From positions 4,264 to 68,263 of the forward strand of contig JAZQIU010000022.1 of NCBI GenBank assembly GCA_045541255.1: a stretch of DNA of 64,000 nucleotides, read 5' to 3'. The notes under the pieces are model-generated. The model did no database searches, was not told where the DNA came from, and worked only from the letters and a program-made list of their open reading frames with translations. The DNA comes from Bacilli bacterium (GTDB lineage Bacteria > Bacillota_I > Bacilli_A > RF39 > UBA660). Position 1 is the stretch's first letter. Every line of letters begins with the position of its first letter. The position numbers and the translations under genes are program-made. Shown here one piece after another: positions 1 through 8,409 of this stretch.

Positions 1-1261
1 CTTTAACTTCATCTACATTAGATACCTGCAATTCCTTTTGTGTATCTAAAAATATCTTTACTTCATTACTTAATTCAATATCAGTTTTGACTATTTCCTT
101 CTGCTCTAAATACCTTTCATAATAATCTAAATATTTTAAATATAATTCACATAATGGTACTCTAAGCTGAAGTGTTTCATTTTGCGATTGTAGATCTATA
201 AAACTTTTTTCTTTTAAATTAATTTCTTGTGATAATTCATTAATTTTGTTTTGTAGATCTTCATAACTAAAAATATTATTATCATTAAGAAAATTTATTG
301 TATCCACTATCCTGTTAAATCTTTTAACTTCTAAAAATCTTGAATTGTAATATTTAGGGTAAGAAACTTTAACATCTAAACCTTTCATGCTTAATAAGAT
401 AGATTGTTTTGATATATCCGCCAACATACTTTGAATATTTAATAATTCACTAGAATTATTTTTAATATTATAGTTTTGAAATGCAAATACCTTTTGATTA
501 CTTCTTTTATCATAAAAAAATTCTTTTAATGATTCTTCAGAATAATCTTCTCCCAATACTTTCATCGTTACATATTTTTCTTTTCCTAATGGTTTAACCT
601 TTATATACTTCCCATACTTAATCTGATAACCTTCCATTAATAGTCTTTCTAAAAGTTCATCTAAAGAAAAACATTCTTCTTTTAAAGTTTCTATCATTTC
701 AATAATTTGTTTTTTCCAAGATTTATTTGCTGTTGCATACAAATATTTATTCTTATGAAATCTACTTATTTTTGGTGCATCTTCTATTATCTTTAATCCA
801 TGTTCTAAAGCAATCTCATCACTTGCATCTCTTAATCCATATAATCCTTCTTTTGGATTAGCAAGTCTATCTTCTAATTTCTTACCATTCATATCAACTG
901 CATTAACAACAAAATGATTATGCAAGTGTCCTTGATCAATATGCGTTGTTACCAATACTTGATAATTAGGATATAGTCTTTTCATTAATTCTATTCCCAT
1001 CTGATGAACTTCTTCTGCTGTTAAATCTTTTTCTTTCGGATCAAAACTTTGATAACCATGATAACAAGTTCTACTTTCTTTTTCCTCGTTAATATGGAAT
1101 TTATCATTATTTAATTTCATTTCATAAGATGCAAATTCAGAGGAACAATTAATTCCTGTAATTAAAGTTCCTCCATCAGTTTTCTTTGCATCTTTTATAT
1201 AATTAATACAATCATTTCTTCCTTGTACTCCATGAACTGCCCATCGTGCTGTTGTAGGAAT
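1..1261 (-). CDS. MobA/VirD2-family conjugative relaxase (Relaxase/Mobilisation nuclease domain); C-terminus runs off the window; ATT initiation codon
   Basis: Own translation of the minus strand (absent from ORF track): (I->fM)PTTARWAVHGVQGRNDCINYIKDAKKTDGG...YHGYQSFDPKEKDLTAEEVHQMGIELMKRLYPNYQVLVTTHIDQGHLHNHFVVNAVDMNGKKLEDRLANPKEG. It carries the HxDxxHxHxH histidine motif of this relaxase family. The frame stays open to nt 1. There is no in-frame ATG/GTG/TTG near the N-terminus; ATT at 1261-1259 lies 6 nt after AAGGAGGG. Confidence 0.85.
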   Translation of the reverse strand, partial: MPTTARWAVHGVQGRNDCINYIKDAKKTDGGTLITGINCSSEFASYEMKLNNDKFHINEEKESRTCYHGYQSFDPKEKDLTAEEVHQMGIELMKRLYPNYQVLVTTHIDQGHLHNHFVVNAVDMNGKKLEDRLANPKEGLYGLRDASDEIALEHGLKIIEDAPKISRFHKNKYLYATANKSWKKQIIEMIETLKEECFSLDELLERLLMEGYQIKYGKYIKVKPLGKEKYVTMKVLGEDYSEESLKEFFYDKRSNQKVFAFQNYNIKNNSSELLNIQSMLADISKQSILLSMKGLDVKVSYPKYYNSRFLEVKRFNRIVDTINFLNDNNIFSYEDLQNKINELSQEINLKEKSFIDLQSQNETLQLRVPLCELYLKYLDYYERYLEQKEIVKTDIELSNEVKIFLDTQKELQVSNVDEVK

Positions 1262-1263
1262 GT

Positions 1264-2049
1264 TTATCCCTCCTTTACTTGTAGTTCATCTTTTGTATTA
1301 CAATTTAATAATTTTATATTTTTGTTCTGTTTTTCTTTTTCATTATATTTATTAATACTTTCTTCTTTATTATTAAAGTATTCTGCTAAATAAATATTTA
1401 ATTCATTATTATCAGAACTAAAAAACAAATAACATTTTTCTCTTAATGCTTTTTCCCTTTGAATATTTATTTTTGTAATTGCATTTGCTTCATCCAATGT
1501 TTTCACATCTATTTTTTCTGAATTATCTAAACTAACTAATAAAAAACCTTCTTTAGAATTTTTTGTTCCTAGAGTACTTGGTAAAACAATAACAAATTTT
1601 TTATTAGATACATATTGAATAAATTTTTCTGTTACTTTGTTTTTTTCAATCAATCTTAATCTTTTTTGAAATTTAGGAACTGAATTTGAAGATAGTTTTG
1701 TTATTAATTCTTTTGTCAGTTTTTCAATCGCATTAACTATTTTGATATTATCCTCTTTAATTATCTCGATGTTTTCTTTTGTTATAGTAATGTTTTTTGA
1801 TATATCAGCTTGTTTTTTCAAAATATCTTTTACAACTAAAATAAATTCACTTACAATTTTACAAACATCTTGTTTTCCTGAAACATCTTCTACATATAAT
1901 CTTTCATATATACAAGCATCTCTTACATATTCAGCAAGGCAATCCCCATAGCCATATTCTTTTGCTTTATTACTAATTATTTTTCTTTCTTCTGGAGTAA
2001 CTAAAATATTTATTTTGTCTCTACGTTTTTTATTAGTGGTGTTTGTCAT
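1264..2049 (-). CDS. MobC-like relaxosome accessory protein with long K/E/N-rich C-terminal extension
   Basis: The N-terminus RRDKINILVTPEERKIISNKAKEYGYGDCLAEYVRDACI resembles the conserved bacterial mobilisation (MobC) signature. The gene lies directly upstream of the relaxase; its stop TAA is at 1266-1264. Confidence 0.7.
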   Translation of the reverse strand: MTNTTNKKRRDKINILVTPEERKIISNKAKEYGYGDCLAEYVRDACIYERLYVEDVSGKQDVCKIVSEFILVVKDILKKQADISKNITITKENIEIIKEDNIKIVNAIEKLTKELITKLSSNSVPKFQKRLRLIEKNKVTEKFIQYVSNKKFVIVLPSTLGTKNSKEGFLLVSLDNSEKIDVKTLDEANAITKINIQREKALREKCYLFFSSDNNELNIYLAEYFNNKEESINKYNEKEKQNKNIKLLNCNTKDELQVKEG

Positions 2050-2575
2050 ATTCCACCTCTAACTTTCTTTTTAAATCTTCTAAATATTTTAAATATGATT
2101 TCCGATAATATTTTTCATTTATATATTTAACTCCTTCAGCTTTAATAAAAATAATTCCATCTTCTATATATTTCAAATCGTTTTTATATTGTTTACACAT
2201 TTTTGAAATTGCAACATCAATACTGTTTAAATCTTTATCAAAATACTCTGCCATTTCGTGTTTACTCATATCACTATATTTAATTTCATTATGAGAAATA
2301 TTTAAAGCATCTTCAAATCTTTTTATTAATTTCTCATAAAAGGTAATTTCTAAGTCTAAATAATATTTATCTTTTCTCAAATACACTTCTTTGATCCATT
2401 CTACAAATTCAAGACTACAATACTCTGTTCTTTGATTATTATTTGGTTCTCTTACATAAATCCAATTTTCAGCTGGATGTCTTTGTCGCATCTTTTGAAT
2501 AATCCTATCCAGTTGCTTTGATGTTAAATTTAGTTCTTTTTCTACATACCATCTATCTTGAAATTTTTTACCCAT
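2033..2575 (-). CDS. hypothetical protein, first gene of the mobilisation operon (possible DNA-binding accessory factor)
   Basis: 180-aa ORF that overlaps the MobC-like gene by 17 nt. It is the first ORF after the hairpin-rich non-coding gap. No family recognised. Confidence 0.55.
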   Translation of the reverse strand: MGKKFQDRWYVEKELNLTSKQLDRIIQKMRQRHPAENWIYVREPNNNQRTEYCSLEFVEWIKEVYLRKDKYYLDLEITFYEKLIKRFEDALNISHNEIKYSDMSKHEMAEYFDKDLNSIDVAISKMCKQYKNDLKYIEDGIIFIKAEGVKYINEKYYRKSYLKYLEDLKRKLEVEYDKHH

Positions 2576-2719
2576 TTTTCTCCTTTCTTAACTTAGAAAT
2601 TGTCCACGTTAATTAACGTAGTAATATAAAATATCAAGCATGGTGTATCTACACCCATTTTGCTTGTTAGGGAATACCCTAAAACCCTTCAAATTAGTCT
2701 CCGACGGTTTAATAAAAAT
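2576..2719 (-). promoter_or_regulatory. candidate origin of transfer (oriT) and mob-operon control region
   Basis: Largest non-coding gap in the 36-kb element and its locally most G+C-containing stretch. It holds three inverted repeats within 80 bp: perfect 14-bp palindrome ACGTTAATTAACGT (2606-2619), GGTGTA-TC-TACACC (2642-2655) and TTAGGG-AATA-CCCTAA (2667-2682), followed by the direct repeat ACCCT-AAA-ACCCT. It lies immediately upstream of the MobC/relaxase operon. Confidence 0.45.
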
Positions 2720-3067
2720 TTAAAAATTTTTATCTATTTCTATTTCACTTTTTTTATTACAATTAACAGAATAATAATTTAATTTATCAAAAAAAGGCAC
2801 ATCAAATATACTTTTGTTCTGTGCCTTTTCTATATCTTTTTTAGTTATTATTCCTTTATAATACATATCTGTTAAATTGTGAGAAAGTGTCAAAGGATTA
2901 ATATTTTCTTGCATATTATTATTACATATATTAAATAAAAGTGATGATTCCTCATCAGATATTTCAGGAATAATATCATAAATACCTTGTAATATTAAAT
3001 AACTTTCTAAATGATTTTTATGATATTCTGGCATTATTTTATAGCAAGTAATTAACTGTTCCATCAC
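2720..3067 (-). CDS. hypothetical protein
   Basis: 115-aa ORF. Its start ATG overlaps the upstream stop (GTGATGG) with an embedded GGAG. No family recognised. Confidence 0.55.
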   Translation of the reverse strand: MMEQLITCYKIMPEYHKNHLESYLILQGIYDIIPEISDEESSLLFNICNNNMQENINPLTLSHNLTDMYYKGIITKKDIEKAQNKSIFDVPFFDKLNYYSVNCNKKSEIEIDKNF

Positions 3068-3732
3068 ACCAACTCCATTTCTTTTTCATTTGTTTCATTT
3101 GATAATTTTTCTTTAATTTTATCCAAATCTTTCTCAACTTTTTTCCAATCTATGCAATCTTCTAACGATGATATATAGTCTAAAACTTTCTCTCTATTTT
3201 CCAAATCTAATTCTATAAAATTCTTCAAATAATCTTGATTATTTACTCTTCCTGAATAACAAATAATATAATTATCTAAATCTGTATCATATTTTTCACA
3301 ATACATTTTTATTGCTCTATACTTAATTTCTATACCGCCCAAATGTACATCAGTCATATCAGTATTTCGATAATCCCAATCTCCACACAGTCTATTAAAT
3401 TCTTTAAGTTTTTTATTAATTTCTTTGTAATTCAATCTTGTAGAATTTGAAATTATTAAATAATTTTTATGGTGCATCTTATTTTGGATTGTTTCAATAG
3501 TAGGCAGTTTCTTTTTTATATTATAATATCTTCTAACTACTCTATTTAGATCTTTAGATAACTGATATTCATAATCCATTTTTTTATTTAACCCCATCTT
3601 CTTTAGTTCTAACTCAAAATTATAAGAAGTAATATATTTATCACCATTATACACATCTAAACTTATTAAAACTCTTTGACCTCGTTTATCTTTTATATCA
3701 CTTACAATAGTATATAAATTTTTATATTTCAT
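3064..3732 (-). CDS. hypothetical protein
   Basis: ORF track gives 3064-3759. The preferred start is the third ATG (MKYKNLY...), 10 nt after GGAG and overlapping the ArdC-like stop. No family recognised. Confidence 0.55.
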   Translation of the reverse strand: MKYKNLYTIVSDIKDKRGQRVLISLDVYNGDKYITSYNFELELKKMGLNKKMDYEYQLSKDLNRVVRRYYNIKKKLPTIETIQNKMHHKNYLIISNSTRLNYKEINKKLKEFNRLCGDWDYRNTDMTDVHLGGIEIKYRAIKMYCEKYDTDLDNYIICYSGRVNNQDYLKNFIELDLENREKVLDYISSLEDCIDWKKVEKDLDKIKEKLSNETNEKEMELV

Positions 3733-4663
3733 GCTCATCAAGCTCCATTTCTTTTTCATTATCTAATGTTTTTATTAATGATTTTTCTTCCATATAATCA
3801 ACTATTTTATCTGCATCTGATATTGCTTTAAAAAGTTCATTAGGTTTGTCTTTTAAAATATCTATCCAATTTTGGATATATGCTTTATGATTATTTAAGT
3901 GGTTTTCATCATATTCCAAACCTAATTTTTGCATCAAGAAAGATGAACTTATTTCTGCTCTCAATTCTTCTTTTGCATATTCAGAACTTCCAAAACCACC
4001 ACTTAAATCTCTATTTAATCTATTCTTATGACCTGTAGAATGTGCTAGTTCATGCAATTGCGTAGAATAGTATCCATACTTATTTTTAAATGTATTAATT
4101 GGTGGTAATACTACCATATCATTTCTAATATCGTAATATGCACTATTACCAAATTCTTGATATTTAACTTCTATATTATCAATTATATTTTTAATATATT
4201 CTGAAGTATTTATTTGTTCTTTTTCTGTTTCTATTCGTTTAGGTATCCCTTCAATCAAATCACCATTAAACACCGTTGTACACTTAGTTATTATTCTAAA
4301 ATTTTCTTCTTGTTCTGGATCTTCACGAACTATTTTCTCATATTCCTTGAAAGAACAAATTTTCCTCTCTTTTATATTATATCTGCTCCAATACTCTACG
4401 CATACACCTTGTCCTACCGCAGACTCTTTAAACTTCCAATTCTTTTTCTTAATTTGATTATAAGTACACCATCTATTATCTTTATAACCTTTTTTTACTG
4501 ATATATATGACAATGCCAAATTATTAACACCCTTATACTTCTTCCCTGAAATAGCATTAACAGGTTGCTCAACAGTCCATAATTTTTCCCAAGGAACAAC
4601 ATCTTCTTCTAAACTTTTAATGTACATATCAATTAAATTCTGTCTTGCTTTTGTATATTTCAA
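3722..4663 (-). CDS. ArdC-like antirestriction protein (N-terminal ssDNA-binding ArdC-N domain plus zincin metallopeptidase domain)
   Basis: N-terminal ...WEKLW...GKKYKGVNNLAL... is typical of ArdC-N/DUF1738. The C-terminal domain carries HELAHSTGH (HExxH). TTG start at 4663 directly follows the upstream TAA. Confidence 0.8.
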   Translation of the reverse strand: MKYTKARQNLIDMYIKSLEEDVVPWEKLWTVEQPVNAISGKKYKGVNNLALSYISVKKGYKDNRWCTYNQIKKKNWKFKESAVGQGVCVEYWSRYNIKERKICSFKEYEKIVREDPEQEENFRIITKCTTVFNGDLIEGIPKRIETEKEQINTSEYIKNIIDNIEVKYQEFGNSAYYDIRNDMVVLPPINTFKNKYGYYSTQLHELAHSTGHKNRLNRDLSGGFGSSEYAKEELRAEISSSFLMQKLGLEYDENHLNNHKAYIQNWIDILKDKPNELFKAISDADKIVDYMEEKSLIKTLDNEKEMELDEHEI

Positions 4664-5599
4664 TTAATAATCACGCTCCAATTCAATATCCTTTGAATCA
4701 TGACCCATTGCAATATGTTTTATTTTGGGAATAAAGTCTTTCAAATATATATTTTCATTTGAACAATATATATCTACTTCTAAATCTTCTAAAATATTAT
4801 GAACTTCTATTACATTTAAAATATTTCTTGATATTCTATCAATACTCATCATATAAACATCCTTCATATTGTTTGATTTTAAATCTTCTAACATATAAGA
4901 AAATGCTGGATTATTTAAATCCAATCCACTAAAACCATTATCTACATATATATTTATATTTTCTTCTGCTATTTCAGGATATTTTAATTTCAATTTATTA
5001 AAATTATAACTTATCTGTTTTTTTATTGCATCCTCAGAATATAATGCAGATCTACAATAAACAGAATACTCTTTTCTTTCAATTCTATCATTTTCTCTTG
5101 CTTCTTTTATAACAGCATTTATAGCATCTGAAATATCCGCTTCTTCTAAATCAACATCATATTCTATTTCTCCATCAGAATTATAATAAGATAATTCTAA
5201 CCAATTATTATTATAAAATTCCAATTCATAATTTTCATCGTTACCTGTTAAGATCGAAACCAAATGTTCATCATCTTTAATAAATTGTTTCATTTCCTCA
5301 TAAAATAATCCAGATTCATTTTTATCTTTTACAGATGCGATTAAATCACCTTTATGATAAAAATTTTCTTTATAATTTTGTTCATAATCCTCCTCATATT
5401 CATCTAGATCTTCATCTTCCTCTAATTTTTCTTCTAAAACAAAATCTCTTTTTGCCAGAAGTTTGCAACTAACTATACCTCTTGCTATTATCTCGTATTT
5501 ACTTTTATCATCAAATTCTATTAATGCCACTGTCCCACCATGCCACAAAACATTCTCAAAACCTTTTTTATTATCATATCTATTAACAGTTAGCTTCAT
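4664..5599 (-). CDS. protein with C-terminal serine-recombinase (resolvase) catalytic-domain homology, no DNA-binding domain, and an unknown acidic N-terminal domain
   Basis: The C-terminal ~140 aa read YSVYCRSALYSEDAIKKQ...IYVDNGFSGLDLNNPAFSYMLEDLKSNNMKDVYMMSIDRISRNILNVIEVHNILEDLEVDIY. This aligns by eye with the Y-x-R-V-S...D.G.SG....RP....ML......D.V.V...DRLSRN core of large serine recombinases. The preferred start is MKLTVNRY (5599) behind GAGAGGGG. Confidence 0.6.
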   Translation of the reverse strand: MKLTVNRYDNKKGFENVLWHGGTVALIEFDDKSKYEIIARGIVSCKLLAKRDFVLEEKLEEDEDLDEYEEDYEQNYKENFYHKGDLIASVKDKNESGLFYEEMKQFIKDDEHLVSILTGNDENYELEFYNNNWLELSYYNSDGEIEYDVDLEEADISDAINAVIKEARENDRIERKEYSVYCRSALYSEDAIKKQISYNFNKLKLKYPEIAEENINIYVDNGFSGLDLNNPAFSYMLEDLKSNNMKDVYMMSIDRISRNILNVIEVHNILEDLEVDIYCSNENIYLKDFIPKIKHIAMGHDSKDIELERDY

Positions 5600-5612
5600 A
5601 TTTTCCCCTCTC

Positions 5613-7001
5613 TTAAAACATTTCATCAGTTATATCAAAATCTGCATCAATTTCTTCATTATTTTTTAAATAAATTTCATTATAAATTTCATTAACTTCA
5701 TTAAATAATTTAGTTTGAATAATTGATAATTCTTCTTTAGTTAGGGTATGATTATTATCAATTGTATAGCCTGATACAGATACACCACCCATCTTTTCAT
5801 CAAATTCTAATTCACAAACAACTTCTTTTCCATTAACATTAAAATTAAATTTTTTGTTCTCTTTTCCATCATTAGAAAATTCAAAACAACTAATTATTTC
5901 AGGTTTAATATCAATATATTCTAATGTCTTTGGATAAGTATCAATAATATTAAATTCTATATAGTCTTGAATTCCAATGTTGCTTAATTCTGATTCTATA
6001 TTATCTATTTTCTCAAATAATTGATTATAATTAATATTCCAACTATCTAATAAATCATCAGCATACAACCTTATAGATTCATTATTATCAAAAGATAAAA
6101 CTTTTTTTACTAAATCTTTTAACTCTGGAGAAATTTTAACAATATCTGTTTTGTTTCTAACATTAAATCCTATAACTTTTTCAATTAATAATTCATCGGT
6201 AATCATTTGATTTTCAAGATTAAAATAATCGTACCCTTCATATAACTTTCTTCCGTCTTTGAAACTAATTTTATAATGCAAACCAACCTTATCTTCATCC
6301 CTCCATGAATTTAAGATTTCTATATTATATAAGTTTTGTAATCGTTTTTTTTCTTCGTAATATTTATTTTTTGCATCTTTAACTTTTAATTCAGCATTTA
6401 AAAAATCAATATCTGAACTATTAACCATTTTTTTATAAAAGTTTATAGCATTTGTTAAATCTCTTGAACATTCTATAAAATGTTTATTAAATTCATCTTG
6501 TGATTTTTCAGGATATTCTAAAATAAACATTAAATCTTCATATAAACTAGCATTAGATTTTACATTTAATCCTTGCCATTGTTTGCTGTTATTATTAATA
6601 CCATTTAAAAACTTTATTGCAACACCACCAGCATCATTCCAATCAAATAAGTTTTTTGTATAATCATCTATTAAATAATCAAACTTTGATACACCATTAG
6701 GAACAGACAATGCTTTATTATCACCATATTTAATAAAAATTCTTTTGTTTTTTGATAGTTCTGGTAAATATCTATCTAACCAATTATTCTTTTCCTCTAA
6801 AGCATATTTACTATCATTTAAAAAGGAAGAAAGTATATAAATATCTTCTCCCTTTTTTACTAATCCTTTTATAACTTGTAATAAAAATTCATTAGGTTTT
6901 AATTTTTCATAATATCCTTTTTCATATAATATATCTGTTGATTCATTTTCTTTCCATTCAGCTAAAGTTCCATCCATATCAATAAATAATCTTCTATTCA
7001 T
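5613..7001 (-). CDS. HAD-superfamily 5'(3')-deoxyribonucleotidase-like domain fused to a ~300-aa unknown C-terminal region
   Basis: N-terminus MNRRLFIDMDGTLAEW (DxDGT motif I), ...IYILSS... and ...YLIDDY..., as in NT5C/phage-type nucleotidases. The rest is unrecognised. The protein ends in DITDEMF. Confidence 0.65.
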   Translation of the reverse strand: MNRRLFIDMDGTLAEWKENESTDILYEKGYYEKLKPNEFLLQVIKGLVKKGEDIYILSSFLNDSKYALEEKNNWLDRYLPELSKNKRIFIKYGDNKALSVPNGVSKFDYLIDDYTKNLFDWNDAGGVAIKFLNGINNNSKQWQGLNVKSNASLYEDLMFILEYPEKSQDEFNKHFIECSRDLTNAINFYKKMVNSSDIDFLNAELKVKDAKNKYYEEKKRLQNLYNIEILNSWRDEDKVGLHYKISFKDGRKLYEGYDYFNLENQMITDELLIEKVIGFNVRNKTDIVKISPELKDLVKKVLSFDNNESIRLYADDLLDSWNINYNQLFEKIDNIESELSNIGIQDYIEFNIIDTYPKTLEYIDIKPEIISCFEFSNDGKENKKFNFNVNGKEVVCELEFDEKMGGVSVSGYTIDNNHTLTKEELSIIQTKLFNEVNEIYNEIYLKNNEEIDADFDITDEMF

Positions 7002-7003
7002 AC

Positions 7004-7198
7004 TTATTTCTCCTGAATTTGATTATCCAACTCTTGTTGCATTTGGTAAATTTTTTCTTGTTTCTTTTTAAAATCATATAAAACTTTAAGTTGCTGATCT
7101 AAATCACTAATCTTGTCTTCCACTTTTTTTATATTTTCTAATTCCTTTGTTTTCATTAACTCTATTTTTTCTATCTTTTTTTCTAATGTCTTATTCAT
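7004..7198 (-). CDS. small coiled-coil protein (hypothetical)
   Basis: 64-aa K/E/Q-rich ORF packed between neighbours with 2-nt and 19-nt gaps. Confidence 0.4.
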   Translation of the reverse strand: MNKTLEKKIEKIELMKTKELENIKKVEDKISDLDQQLKVLYDFKKKQEKIYQMQQELDNQIQEK

Positions 7199-7217
7199 TT
7201 TTTTCTCCTTTTCTTTT

Positions 7218-7586
7218 TTACATTTCTATATCTTTATCAAAATCGTTTTGTTGTTTATTTATTTCTTTTTCTCTTACTGGAGATACTAAACTAAAATCGT
7301 CAGGAATTATTTTAATTGTTTTTCTCTTTTCACCATCCTTTTCATAACTGCTAATATCCACTTCACCTGTAACAGAAACTATATCCCCTATTTTGAAATA
7401 ATCAACTGTTTTTTCAGCTTTCTTACCCCAAAGTTCGCAATCAAAAAAATTTGTTTTATATATACCTTCTGATTTTTTTCTTTTACTCTGTACTGCAACT
7501 GAGATATTTGCAACATTGCCATTTTTAGTATTTTTTATTTCTAAACCATTTGCAATTCTACCAACTAGAACAATATTATTTACCAT
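7218..7586 (-). CDS. ssb: single-stranded DNA-binding protein (OB fold), element-encoded
   Basis: MVNNIVLVGRIANGLEIKNTKNGNVANISVAV...FFDCELWGKKAEKTVDYFKIGDIVSVTGEV is a classic SSB N-terminal OB-fold signature. The C-terminus is DFDKDIEM rather than the canonical D-D-(I/L)-P-F. Confidence 0.85.
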   Translation of the reverse strand: MVNNIVLVGRIANGLEIKNTKNGNVANISVAVQSKRKKSEGIYKTNFFDCELWGKKAEKTVDYFKIGDIVSVTGEVDISSYEKDGEKRKTIKIIPDDFSLVSPVREKEINKQQNDFDKDIEM

Positions 7587-7942
7587 TATATTTCCCTTTC
7601 CTTTTCTATATCTATTACTTTATTTTTTTCATTTACAAAATATTTAATATTTTTCATAAACTCATCTTGCATATTTTCTTGTTCCATTTCTTCAAAAATA
7701 TCAATAAAATTTTCTGCTTGTATTCCTTTTAACTTAATATATGGTTTTGTAAAATTCACTAAGTTAAAAACATCTATTAGTTCTTCAGATAAATCTTCTA
7801 ATTCTTTTTTCTTATCTATACTATCTAATTGACCACCATCCAGTAATGTTCCAGTACAATCATAAAAACTATAATCAATATGTTCTGTATCATTTGATAT
7901 ATGCAAAAAATTATATTCACTACTAATCACAATTAGATTCAT
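7586..7942 (-). CDS. hypothetical protein, paralogue of 9454-9813
   Basis: MNLIVISSEYNFLHISN...DGGQLDS aligns with MNIIVISEDNKILHITN...FGGVLES of the other copy. The start overlaps the upstream stop (TAATG). Confidence 0.6.
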   Translation of the reverse strand: MNLIVISSEYNFLHISNDTEHIDYSFYDCTGTLLDGGQLDSIDKKKELEDLSEELIDVFNLVNFTKPYIKLKGIQAENFIDIFEEMEQENMQDEFMKNIKYFVNEKNKVIDIEKEREI

Positions 7943-8409
7943 TATATTTCTATCTCCTCCTCTATGTCTTCTTGCTCTTGTTCTTTTTCTTCAAATACTT
8001 GTTTAGCTAACATCAAACCATTTCTAAGATTTTCACTATGTCTAAGATTATATTCAGAAATATTAAGTGCCTCTAATACTGGTTGAATATCACGAGTATA
8101 TCCATATTCGTGATTATACATCTCATCTAAAAACATATCTTTAATAAATTTGTCACCAATTGTATCAGATTTTATTTCAAATTCTAGTTCTTTCTTATGA
8201 CGAGCATGAACTTCTTCTACTTTTGGCAAATCAACTTTTTTTAAATATATACCAGCACCAAAATAAATAAGTTTGTTAGTTTCATTTTCATTTAAACCCA
8301 GCTTTTTTAAACCATTTTTAAATTGTTCATCATTGAAAGCAAACATATAAGGAAGTTCATTAACTTCTTTTTGATGCTTATCTTTTAACAATCTATACTT
8401 ATTAGCCAT
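7942..8409 (-). CDS. hypothetical protein
   Basis: 155-aa ORF with TAATG coupling at both ends. No family recognised with confidence. Confidence 0.55.
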   Translation of the reverse strand: MANKYRLLKDKHQKEVNELPYMFAFNDEQFKNGLKKLGLNENETNKLIYFGAGIYLKKVDLPKVEEVHARHKKELEFEIKSDTIGDKFIKDMFLDEMYNHEYGYTRDIQPVLEALNISEYNLRHSENLRNGLMLAKQVFEEKEQEQEDIEEEIEI

